This document shows, piece after piece, positions 31,201 through 37,312 of a stretch of 64,000 bases of DNA; the stretch's first letter is position 1; each line of letters opens with the position of its first letter. The notes beneath the pieces are model-generated. The model was not told where the DNA came from. It searched no databases and saw nothing but the letters and a program-made list of their open reading frames with translations. Both the position numbers and the translations under genes were made by a program. The stretch is from Nitrososphaeria archaeon (GTDB lineage: Archaea; Thermoproteota; Nitrososphaeria; Nitrososphaerales; JAAOZN01): the NCBI GenBank assembly GCA_029775855.1, contig JARVJZ010000002.1, positions 128,001-192,000 of the forward strand. Direction: 5' to 3'.

Positions 31201-32735
31201 TTAGCGACACAACCACTAGAGCAGTAGAACTTACCAGAGCATTAATTGAAAACCCAGCTCTCGCAGAGACTGCACATAGACTCACATATCTAACAAGAGA
31301 CCTAGCAGACACCCAACCACTCAACGAAGCCTTAACCAGATTAGCTGGATTCTATAGGGTCTTAACCGACACACAACCCTTTACAGATCTAATCAAAGCG
31401 CTCACACTAGTTGTTAAGCTGGTATCTCATTATGCTGCTCAACTTTTTGATTCGTTAAATGTCAGCGAAGACCTAGCAAGAGGTGTAGATTTGATTAGGC
31501 TCCCGATAGATTTCATAATAATACAGGACGCCTCTGCAGGAAGCCGAAACGTGCTTAGATTTGTATCAGATTTTATGAAGGTGGCGGAAGAAGCGTCAAG
31601 GATAACAGAGATCTCTAGGCAAATAGAAGAATTGGTAAGAACAGCTGAAGCAACGCAGAGGATATATTCAACCGCTGCCGCTATAGTTGAACAACTCTTA
31701 GCACAGGACAGTATTCAAAGAACCTACTCAGCGTTCAGAGCAGTAGCAGATGAATTCAGCCTACTAGATATACAGACCAGAATACTATCTATGCTCAGAA
31801 GCATAGCAGATTCGATAAACTTTATCTTCAACTACATAATACTGCAGACACCAGCCGAAGCAAAGGGCTTAATCTTAGCCCCGCAGTTCATATCGAGCAG
31901 CAACCCATTCATATTAGACGCCAAGCAGCTAAACGCCTACGTAATCATAATACAGATCGATAGAGAAGCGGAGTTAAAGATCACAAAGGCGGACGCGACA
32001 AGAATTACACCACCATCCGGCTTAAAATTCATAGCTGAGCCAGTGGATATAAGCCTAGACAAACCAGCTAACTTCATAGCTAAAGTGAGGATATTCTACA
32101 GCGAAGACAGCTTAAGAGCAACAGGATTAACACCACAAAACCTATCGCTCTATTACCTAGATGAAAATAGAAGGATATGGATACCCATCCAAAGCGCAGT
32201 CAACACAGAAGAAGGCTATGTCGAAGCAGAAACCACACACCTAAGCATCTGGACAATAATGCAAAAACCGGTGAAGGTAGCGCTCTTCGATGCATTAATA
32301 GGTTTAGGCGAAGTCTATACAAGCATCCAGAAGTGGACAATACTACCATACTCTGAGATCACCTCAGCCATCCACCTCTTGAACATGGGCGATGAGCCAA
32401 GCATGGTTCAAGTTAAGACTTGGCTAGTAGACGAATATGGAAGAGTTGTTTGGAGCCGAGTGGTAGAAGGTAGTGTAGAGCAAGGTGAACTCAAGACGAT
32501 ACCCTTAAGCATAGTGTTGAAGGAGGCGCACAGATACACCCTATATTCACAGATCGTGTCAGCGGGTGTAGAAAGCGAGCCCATCATGAGAACATACTAC
32601 ATCACACTCTTCGACATATACGGCTCAACAATACTCACGGCAATATCGCTAGCTGCGATAGCGAGCGTAATCTATCTGCAGAGGCAGAGTAGAAGCATAC
32701 CTAGCCAGAAAGCCAGATTCAACTACCCGATGTAG
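22284..32735 (+). CDS. Giant (~3,480 aa) membrane-anchored surface protein with 20-aa repeat stalk
   Basis: Uninterrupted ORF; signal peptide (probable start GTG 22311, MKVWSAVAALILAATLIQDAYA), beta-rich head with CBM-like NPSFE insert, ~140 x 20-aa repeats, domain ending ETTHLSIW, Ig/CARDB-like domain, C-terminal TM (32616-32678) and basic tail. Confidence 0.9.
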   Translation: MLSELGRVAVKVWSAVAALILAATLIQDAYAASYYPSSYNLLGGTTLVSGTLSNLQADDGSYMVFRSAGSATSNRIQNPSFESSGSWTTATSAGGQAQVQDGTVAYSGTYSGRTSTTAPTGLNSYARLTQTFPSLLPVSSIPNQAGSLTLYLRHMGSALDGNRTAWVAVVSSQGRTLRYIWRLDGSAIPSDSSTIRYIDMGTTLPSGWVQVSRNFYEDWVVTKGWPSTDTISSIQLQSNGRRIGIAPEYTYWGQRINWDLITLLYYTEYTAEVEFTGTSDTNSWHRLIWTVDSSWTAASVSVTLQLYNYQTNSYPTSGDGYISYTSSATPNTDETKTQTITTNPTNFRDNSGNWKLKIKGVKSTTSPFDLRIDLVRYEPSATYTRTASDTTALTDTSSRLSTLTRTQTETFSITDAVSKIYTQVRQVAESLNIAPQVERAATLTRSITQDVSITPAVSRAINVARHLYQTIQLSDSISRMVHFLRQITETQTITDTVQRAVKLWRTLTETPAITDSIQRVAYLTRAMTETSSVSDALAREYQGYRTLNEAQTVVDAVARNFVGTRTLTETPTVSDQLSRLIYVFRSMSDGTAVSETLQRIQYLFRNIGEASTYLDEISRSLTAARTATLTVSISDEVARAANIARIVSDATGLSDAAQRFIQTARALTETNTYIANIARAATLTRTLSDSQTLVDTVSRAATLARNLIDSAPLLDSINRMVSLTRNVAETQTLSDSVSRLSTLTRAAADALTASDAVSRLAYLAKAVSDLTTLSDTAYRAAALTRTVAESPILSDLASRAATLTRTLTDTGALTDSATRFINLARALTESSTIEDTISTFASLTRSLSETQLFSDSLNRATALTRSLTDSQTFVDALSRAATLTRSLTEAPAISDLVGRVAQLTLTLTDASTLSDVASRLPNFMRLLTDAAGLSEYVDRAAVLSRAVFDAQALSDSLSRFSALSRSVAESQSVSDSVARLVAFARSVSEAASVSDALSRLAYLTRSLTEDQTLLDSLSRFATLTRSLLESQTLTESVSRFLTLSRALTESPTISDTVDRLTSLTRALSDTQVLTDLTSRAASLTRTLTETQGLTDALTRLITSARTVTETPMFSDLVSRASTLTRILTEAPSLTDATQRTLQLLRAVTESQSLNDSISRLLALSRSLTEASTLTEYIDRAAQLARSLTETQPISETLARYTYLLRTITDSNTIQDTLSRLISGTRVVADTTSLSDILSRAAEFARTASETTTLSDIAVRFTALTRALSENQAVADTISRLAALTRAITETSNLSDEVQRLVNRLRELSETASITDTLARTLTLTRTLTEAQSISDTLTRATELSRVVSEAQSFYEELSRSIHFARTLTESQTFLDDVSRFASLARNILETPTISDSISRLTTLTRSLSESQTISDAVSKFITLTRSITDTTTLADTASRLTALTRTLADSQTLVDSISRLAALTRTLIENPSLTEQLARTLTLSRVVSETQPLADSIVRQISLTRSLEENSALTDMLTRVATLTRAVEETPTISALVSRVASLTRTLSETQLFNDILDRTAALSRSLSENQAITDTVNRFVSLSRSLTEQPSFSDVATRIISLTRSLTENPSISDSATRLITFVRSISEAASITDLVSRAADLSRSIQEGVQVADLLTRLTTLARSLTDSQAFTDSVGRVAALTRTLSENGAFTDLASRLAALTRTSTEASTLSDSLSRLTTLTRTLAEYPALSDQILRLVNFPRSLSDTQVISDYVERWVILARSITDNQAITSSVDRALSLTRAILEAQSITDTVSKFTAVTRALADSATISDFATRLSVAFRSISETQTILDAATRLTTLTRTLSETQTVSESISRLLSLSRALNEYPALSESLTRFTILVRSLADYSTISDTTARISYLARELTQPTTLSESIDRLSVLARSVTENQGLTDILSRLFSPTRTLTETSSLSEAASTLANLARTLTEQPIFTDLTSRAAYLTRTLTQTLTFNDLAARTATLTRSLTEDQTIYDLISRVSDLARSLTETQTLTDIASRTVSLTRALTENQVVSDILTRLINTARNLTETTSLSDIASRFASLTRALSENQAIIETVNRLTTLTRAILETPSITDTLARTITLTRTLTETQSITEALTRAVDLTRVVSEAQTVADTLSRSIQLARTLTEAPNLSDYANRLTLLTRTVLEAPTLSDTASRITALTRTLTDLQNLGDSVFRFVSIKRTITDHAIVSDLASRVASLARSLTESQAVIDSVSRFTTLTRTLSEPASLTDQLTRVATLTRVISDTESFTDLIVRSISLSRSLNDAQSFSDVITRYVDLTRTLTATSSIVDGVSRLTNLARSVVETTSFSDILSRTAQLARTVTETTTLADAASRAAELTRIVSENQAITETASRVSFLSRSLVEQPILSDAANRMIQTIRVLSESQTIVDTASRLITALRSLSEAASTSDTVARAADFYRSVDVHIQVADLLSRVATLTRQVYESQTYIDSISRFAALSRPLTDSQIFLDIVSRAAALSRNVLEVSSFTDMAARMSILTRSLTETNTLADSIQRVAEMTRLLADSKSFSDSISRLLHFSRTLTDSSLITEYIVRAALLARGITDAQTIADALTRYAYFIRTLSETQTVAEGVSRILTLSRYISESVNTTELISRAVTLARTLTETHILTDFAERIATLSRALLEDSTFLDQASRLVNLTRYLTESQPINDAASRILALSRILTDIQTLNDSLLRLTTLTRSLTESADLSDLTYRLTTLARSVADSQTISESTQRALAAIRLLTETQTISDLASRAGSLARTLSDAQTLIESISRFTPLTRAVSEQATLTELTSRIATLARSLTDTQILTDVAARIAALTRSQVETTTVADLVTRLTTLSRTLAEAQSIVDSISRILTSIRNPTDISTILDYSSRVAALSRSLIDPSTLSDTLGRLTALNREVMDNPALTEVVQSIYTALRAITETASFSDTTTRAVELTRALIENPALAETAHRLTYLTRDLADTQPLNEALTRLAGFYRVLTDTQPFTDLIKALTLVVKLVSHYAAQLFDSLNVSEDLARGVDLIRLPIDFIIIQDASAGSRNVLRFVSDFMKVAEEASRITEISRQIEELVRTAEATQRIYSTAAAIVEQLLAQDSIQRTYSAFRAVADEFSLLDIQTRILSMLRSIADSINFIFNYIILQTPAEAKGLILAPQFISSSNPFILDAKQLNAYVIIIQIDREAELKITKADATRITPPSGLKFIAEPVDISLDKPANFIAKVRIFYSEDSLRATGLTPQNLSLYYLDENRRIWIPIQSAVNTEEGYVEAETTHLSIWTIMQKPVKVALFDALIGLGEVYTSIQKWTILPYSEITSAIHLLNMGDEPSMVQVKTWLVDEYGRVVWSRVVEGSVEQGELKTIPLSIVLKEAHRYTLYSQIVSAGVESEPIMRTYYITLFDIYGSTILTAISLAAIASVIYLQRQSRSIPSQKARFNYPM
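23436..31415 (+). repeat. 133 tandem 60-nt (20-aa) repeats, consensus ~RTLTETQTLSDSLSRLATLT
   Basis: Arg codon at 23436 and Arg codon at 31356 are exactly 7920 nt = 132 x 60 apart, with register visible throughout; ~7 more degenerate units follow (31437 to ~31830) after a 7-aa insertion. Confidence 0.95.
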
Positions 32736-34377
32736 ACCCAGCCTCAGATACTAGGCTGAGGATCTTCTCCTTAATCTCAACAGAAGTAGAGACCTTAGCA
32801 ACATCGATACCATAGACAGAGGCTAGAAAACTAGTCTGCTGCGACACATCTGAAGAAGTCAGAAGAACCAGCTTAGCAGGCTTCACATCCAACAGCTTAG
32901 CCAAAAGAGACAAAACCGTCTGGCTACTGGCTTCAGCGCACCACTCTAAAGCAAGCCTACACATAGGATCTGAGGGCCGCTGCAAAACCGCTGTGAATCG
33001 ATGAAAGATTCCACTTGCGCCTTTAATCTCCGGCTTCTCTAAAACAACCCAGCCTAACCGCTCTAATTCACCCTCCAAAGACAAAAGTATATCAAAGAGT
33101 TGCCTCGCAGACTTTATGTTCCGAAATACAACCAAAGCGTCTTCAGCCTCATCCCATAGCCTAGTAGCTATGTGATGCATCACCTTAGCGTAAGCGGAAA
33201 TATTAGACCATATGGGATAGTAGAGAAGATCGCCGTCAGAAGGCGATGGGGCGAGAAGAAGTTCCCTCTTATCAACAATCATCATCTGAAAGGGTAGGCT
33301 ATCAATATGCCTAACTTCAGCAACATTCAGCAGAGGACTCACCTCATCTAAGTTATCCAGGTTAAGTGTAGTCAAAAGCTTAAGATTCACACCCTTATCA
33401 GCCAACACAGGGTAAATCTGCCACACACCATCAGGCAGAATCAGCTGCTCAGGAATATTAAATAAAGAGAAGATCTCAGAAGAGGCGGAAGCAATCATCC
33501 TATTGACTATGATCTTAGCCTCATCAAACCTTCTAAGAACCTTCAGCTCCTCAGGTTGAATACCGCTAACCAAGCTTCTAATCTTCATCTGAGCATCAAG
33601 AGCCTCTTCCCACAACGCGTTAAAGAAGACTCGAAGCCCAGAAGCAAACGGCAGAGAATCTGTCCACAACCCAACATCACCTTCCTCATCAAGCCTCGAA
33701 GGAGGTAATGGGAAAGTTGAGACAATAACCTCACATCCATCAAGAATAAATAAGCGAAATAAACTAGGAACCCTCGCGCATCTAACCACAAGCCCTTCAG
33801 AATACTCCCTAACCACATCAATCAACCTATCATCAAAATCGGTAAGCAGCCTAACCTGAACACCCCGCTTAGAAGCTTCAATCAAAGCATCCTGCACACC
33901 CCCAAGCCTTAACCAAACCAGATCATCACCTTGAGTTAAAAGAAGAGCCTCCCTAACACCCTTACCCAACATATCAACAATCTGAGAGTAAATCTGAACT
34001 CTCCCTTGTATAATTCTAAACCTAGGCTGCTGCATCTGAGGCGTAAGGATAGGAAGCCTACTCCACTCACTCAATAACGCCTTCAAACCATCTTCAGCCA
34101 ACTTAACTCTATTCTTCATCTGCTGAACAAGATTATTCAAAACTTCTTGAGGCGGATGGGCTGAAAAGAGCATAGGCTTACTAAGCGAAACATCAACAAT
34201 CTTCTCTTCAACGAGCTTCTGAAGTATCCGATAAGTCTTCACCCTATCAAAGCCAACACTAGCAGCAAGCGTACTAGCCTTACTAGCGCCGATCTTCACC
34301 AAGGTAAAGTACACTTTAGCCTCCTCAAGACTCAAACCGTATTTCGTAAGTTCACTCACTATATGCTCCTCAGACAC
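32719..34377 (-). CDS. TrmB-family regulator with two PLD-like effector domains and a C-terminal restriction-endonuclease-like domain
   Basis: YGLSLEEAKVYFTL..RVKTYRILQKL HTH; RGVQVRLLT/FILDGCE and KGVNLKLLT/MIVDKRE duplicated modules; IKGASGIFHRF Mrr-like tail. Confidence 0.8.
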   Translation of the reverse strand: MSEEHIVSELTKYGLSLEEAKVYFTLVKIGASKASTLAASVGFDRVKTYRILQKLVEEKIVDVSLSKPMLFSAHPPQEVLNNLVQQMKNRVKLAEDGLKALLSEWSRLPILTPQMQQPRFRIIQGRVQIYSQIVDMLGKGVREALLLTQGDDLVWLRLGGVQDALIEASKRGVQVRLLTDFDDRLIDVVREYSEGLVVRCARVPSLFRLFILDGCEVIVSTFPLPPSRLDEEGDVGLWTDSLPFASGLRVFFNALWEEALDAQMKIRSLVSGIQPEELKVLRRFDEAKIIVNRMIASASSEIFSLFNIPEQLILPDGVWQIYPVLADKGVNLKLLTTLNLDNLDEVSPLLNVAEVRHIDSLPFQMMIVDKRELLLAPSPSDGDLLYYPIWSNISAYAKVMHHIATRLWDEAEDALVVFRNIKSARQLFDILLSLEGELERLGWVVLEKPEIKGASGIFHRFTAVLQRPSDPMCRLALEWCAEASSQTVLSLLAKLLDVKPAKLVLLTSSDVSQQTSFLASVYGIDVAKVSTSVEIKEKILSLVSEAGSTSGS

Positions 34378-34493
34378 ACCACATATGCTTACGCAAAGAG
34401 TTTTAAACCTTGTGTGTTCAAATGTAACAAACAGATGTAGCTCTTGTCCACAACACTACATCTAAAATCCTACACCTAACATTAACATATACG

Positions 34494-34967
34494 ATGCTAA
34501 AAGTGGTGCGAGGGCTACTATACTTGGCTCTAGCGTTATTGGTTCTAGTAGCCTTCACACCTACTAGAGAACATAGCATAGCTTCACAAGTAAGTTTAGC
34601 TCCAAGACCCTCAGAGGAAGACGCAGGAATGAAATTAAGCATAGTAGCTGTTAAGCTCGATAAAGAGTTTCAAAAAGCACCATATCCCAGCGCTACAATT
34701 AGAGTTGATGTTAAAGTTTCAAACCAAGCATTCGCTGAGAAGAAGGATCTGTTACTAACACTAGCAGTCAAAGATTTAAAAGGCGATGTGGTAGCAGCAT
34801 CTAGCACACTAATATATATTCCCCTAAACAAAGAGGGGATATACACAAATTACTTGCTGCTTAGAAGCGGTGGCGCGATGGTAGTAGAAGCAACGATACA
34901 CATATCAGGTAGCCTACTCGCTATAGACCACTACTACATAGATGTACACTCATTTAAACTACTCTAA
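34494..34967 (+). CDS. Small exported/membrane-anchored protein, probable Ig-like beta-sandwich
   Basis: N-terminal hydrophobic signal; alternating beta pattern IRVDVKVSN, LLLTLAVKDLKGDVV; divergent from TrmB gene. Confidence 0.6.
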   Translation: MLKVVRGLLYLALALLVLVAFTPTREHSIASQVSLAPRPSEEDAGMKLSIVAVKLDKEFQKAPYPSATIRVDVKVSNQAFAEKKDLLLTLAVKDLKGDVVAASSTLIYIPLNKEGIYTNYLLLRSGGAMVVEATIHISGSLLAIDHYYIDVHSFKLL

Positions 34968-35020
34968 AACACCATTAGTCAAAACATAGAGCACACTCTT
35001 CAGATTGGAAACTCTTACAC

Positions 35021-35809
35021 TCAGCCTAATCCTTTACTTTTCATCTTCCCAACGGCTTCAGAGAGCATCTGGAGAGCTTGAGCCAATGCATTTCTCGTCT
35101 CGTTAAGTTCCTTCCCCAACGCTTCAAGCATCTCCCTCGTCTTCTTAGACTCCTCAATCAAAGTATTCAATATCGTGGTAAGCTTCTCAGAGATCTCACC
35201 ATACCTCTCTAGAACAAATCTAAAATTTTCATCTGTTCTTTTAGCGAAGTCTCTGAACTCCTCCCTATAATCCTTGAACTCCTGCCTAAACTCTCTAAAC
35301 TCTTGTCTATAGTCTTTAAACTCCTCTCTGAAATCTTTGAACTCACCTCTAAAATCTCTAAACTCCTCTCTGAAATCCTTGAATTCACCTCTAAAATCTT
35401 TAAACTCCTCTCTGAAATCTTTGAACTCACCTCTAAAATCTCTAAATTCTTGTCTAAACTCTCTGAACTCTCCCCAGTAGTCTACGAAGATTGTTTGCAT
35501 CGCGCCGAAGCCCTCGCTCATCTCCTCCCAAAGTTCACCAGGCTTTATCACAAAGTATTTTATAGATGAATCTAACTCTGCTTTTTGTTCGCTAAACTCT
35601 TTTACAAAGGCTGGTGGTGGAGGGTTCTGTGCCCTTTTCACGAATTGTGTAAGATTCTCTTCGCTTCCTTGTGCAAAAACCGTGACAGACCCGTCTTTCT
35701 CGTTTACTACAAAGCCTGCTATCTGAAGATCTTGGGCAAGGTCGAGGATGTATCTTCTAAAACCTACTCTTTGAACCCTACCTTTAAATCTCAGCGTCAG
35801 AGCTTGCAA
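35021..35809 (-). CDS. Acylphosphatase fused to a Phe-rich heptad-repeat coiled coil
   Basis: GRVQRVGFRR and VVNEKDGSV catalytic motifs, followed by 11 EF(R/K)(D/E)(F/Y)Rx heptads. Confidence 0.85.
   Translation of the reverse strand: MQALTLRFKGRVQRVGFRRYILDLAQDLQIAGFVVNEKDGSVTVFAQGSEENLTQFVKRAQNPPPPAFVKEFSEQKAELDSSIKYFVIKPGELWEEMSEGFGAMQTIFVDYWGEFREFRQEFRDFRGEFKDFREEFKDFRGEFKDFREEFRDFRGEFKDFREEFKDYRQEFREFRQEFKDYREEFRDFAKRTDENFRFVLERYGEISEKLTTILNTLIEESKKTREMLEALGKELNETRNALAQALQMLSEAVGKMKSKGLG
35240..35470 (-). repeat. 21-nt coding tandem repeat x11 with 42-nt higher-order unit
   Basis: EFREFRQ, then EF(R/K)DFRG-EFKDFRE x3, then EFKDYRQ EFREFRQ EFKDYRE EFRDFAK. Confidence 0.92.
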
Positions 35810-35872
35810 CCCACCACTTTACGGCAAACTTGCTATTAAGCATATAGTATCATTTAACGATGAAGATTGCCC

Positions 35873-36691
35873 CTACCAAGCTTTTCTAGCAGCTAGCACC
35901 TTCTCCACCTCTGCAGTAATAGGAATGTTCTTAGCCTCCAAAGCTCTCACTAATGCAGCGTGCACCTCCTGGCGAATAATATAGCCAGCTTTATGCAGAA
36001 TAGTATCCCCAATTTCAGGGTCAACATCCATGCTTGCTGTGCACGGGTAGCCGTGGTGAGCATTAGAAGTGTTTTGATTAAGATCCTTAACGTGGGTGAA
36101 TCTGAGTTTCTGAGCAACATACCATGTGTCGCCACAAGGTGCGCTTCGCTTAACCACAATGTTCTTGATCAAGTATCCCTCTAGTTCCATTTCGAGTTTT
36201 GGTCTGCCGATTGAGTATCTGCGTATGAATTCATTTATAACTTCGCTTCCGCTTTCCTCAAGTTCGCAGAAGGGTTTAGGGAATGCGTGTTCAATACCTA
36301 ACTCGCTTAGTTCATCTTGCAGCCTAGATCTTAGTGCTGGCGGGCACCAGCTTCTGTTTTCGATTGGCACTATGACAGCCTTCGCTTCTGCCTTTGAGGC
36401 TACAGAGGGGATCTCCGCTAATATATCTGGGTGGATGCCTATTGGGATAACTATGTCAGATTTAGGTGGGGATTTTGGTAGATATTCGCTTGGGTTGTCG
36501 ATGAAAGGAGGCAGATTGGGTGGTATAGGGTGCAAGCCGACGATATCTCGAACATAAGAGCCGTAGGATATTCTACAGTAGCCGCAAGCAAGGTCACAAG
36601 ACTTACAGAAGGTGGGTAGGTTAACTAGGTTCCCTACAACCTTCTCCCCGAATTCGTGCCCTACTATAAAGTATAGCTTCAACGCTTCCAT
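35873..36691 (-). CDS. DUF166-family protein
   Basis: FPKPFC, GRPK, RSAPCGDTW, HHGYPCTASM, GDTILHKAGY. Confidence 0.75.
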   Translation of the reverse strand: MEALKLYFIVGHEFGEKVVGNLVNLPTFCKSCDLACGYCRISYGSYVRDIVGLHPIPPNLPPFIDNPSEYLPKSPPKSDIVIPIGIHPDILAEIPSVASKAEAKAVIVPIENRSWCPPALRSRLQDELSELGIEHAFPKPFCELEESGSEVINEFIRRYSIGRPKLEMELEGYLIKNIVVKRSAPCGDTWYVAQKLRFTHVKDLNQNTSNAHHGYPCTASMDVDPEIGDTILHKAGYIIRQEVHAALVRALEAKNIPITAEVEKVLAARKAW

Positions 36692-36735
36692 AAATAATGT
36701 GTTTTTGGTTGTATAAATAGAGAGTGCCTAAACAT

Positions 36736-36963
36736 TTAGTATTTCGGTTTGGTTAGCTTCGCCCAAGCTGCTACTGCTGAGACTGTGATAATCGAGCTCG
36801 CTAGCCCAGTTATGGTTGCGCCCACTAGTCTAGAGTCTATGCTCATTAGGAATGGTATAAGGGCTGCTAAAGCGTCTGCTAACGCTGGGTATGCTAAGTA
36901 TGCTATGAATCCGAGGGCATATCCTATTAACCATATTCCGAGGATTGCTTTTACTCTACCCAT
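36736..36963 (-). CDS. Small two-TM membrane protein
   Basis: 75 aa with two hydrophobic helices; ATG start. Confidence 0.6.
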   Translation of the reverse strand: MGRVKAILGIWLIGYALGFIAYLAYPALADALAALIPFLMSIDSRLVGATITGLASSIITVSAVAAWAKLTKPKY

Positions 36964-37046
36964 GGTCGGTCAATCAAACTGTCTTTATGGAGCGATTTAT
37001 TAGAGTAAAACAATATTAGTTAACTTAGCAGTTAAGATTCTTATAA

Positions 37047-37286
37047 CTATAATCCGAGCTTGCGGAGACCCAGCTTTTCAGCCAAGCTTCTAGCTCTATT
37101 AATGATCTCCCAAGCCCGTATTCTTTCACCAACCAAGTCGACTCTCTGTAAAATCATTATATCGTTAGTGGCTATTACAATCATCTTGGTTCCAGTCTTT
37201 AACCCAAGCTTATCTCTTACATCTTTTGGTATAACGATCTGACCCTTCTCCGAAACCCTTGTCGTATCAATGGTTACATCAGACAA
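37047..37286 (-). CDS. Solo AbrB/MazE/SpoVT-family DNA-binding protein
   Basis: TRVSEKGQIVIPKDVRDKLGLKTG. Confidence 0.85.
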   Translation of the reverse strand: MSDVTIDTTRVSEKGQIVIPKDVRDKLGLKTGTKMIVIATNDIMILQRVDLVGERIRAWEIINRARSLAEKLGLRKLGL

Positions 37287-37312
37287 CCTTGTTCCACTTA
37301 ATATGTTACTAA

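Noticed and set aside
23436-31415. Repeat stalk as an alpha-helical coiled coil or a DNA-level repeat element
   Set aside because: Period is 20 aa with i,i+2 conservation rather than heptads; DNA units are highly diverged while protein positions are conserved
21609-32735. Provirus interpretation of the phage-fibre-like gene pair
   Set aside because: No capsid, terminase, portal, integrase or att repeats seen; both proteins have export signals and the large one has a membrane anchor
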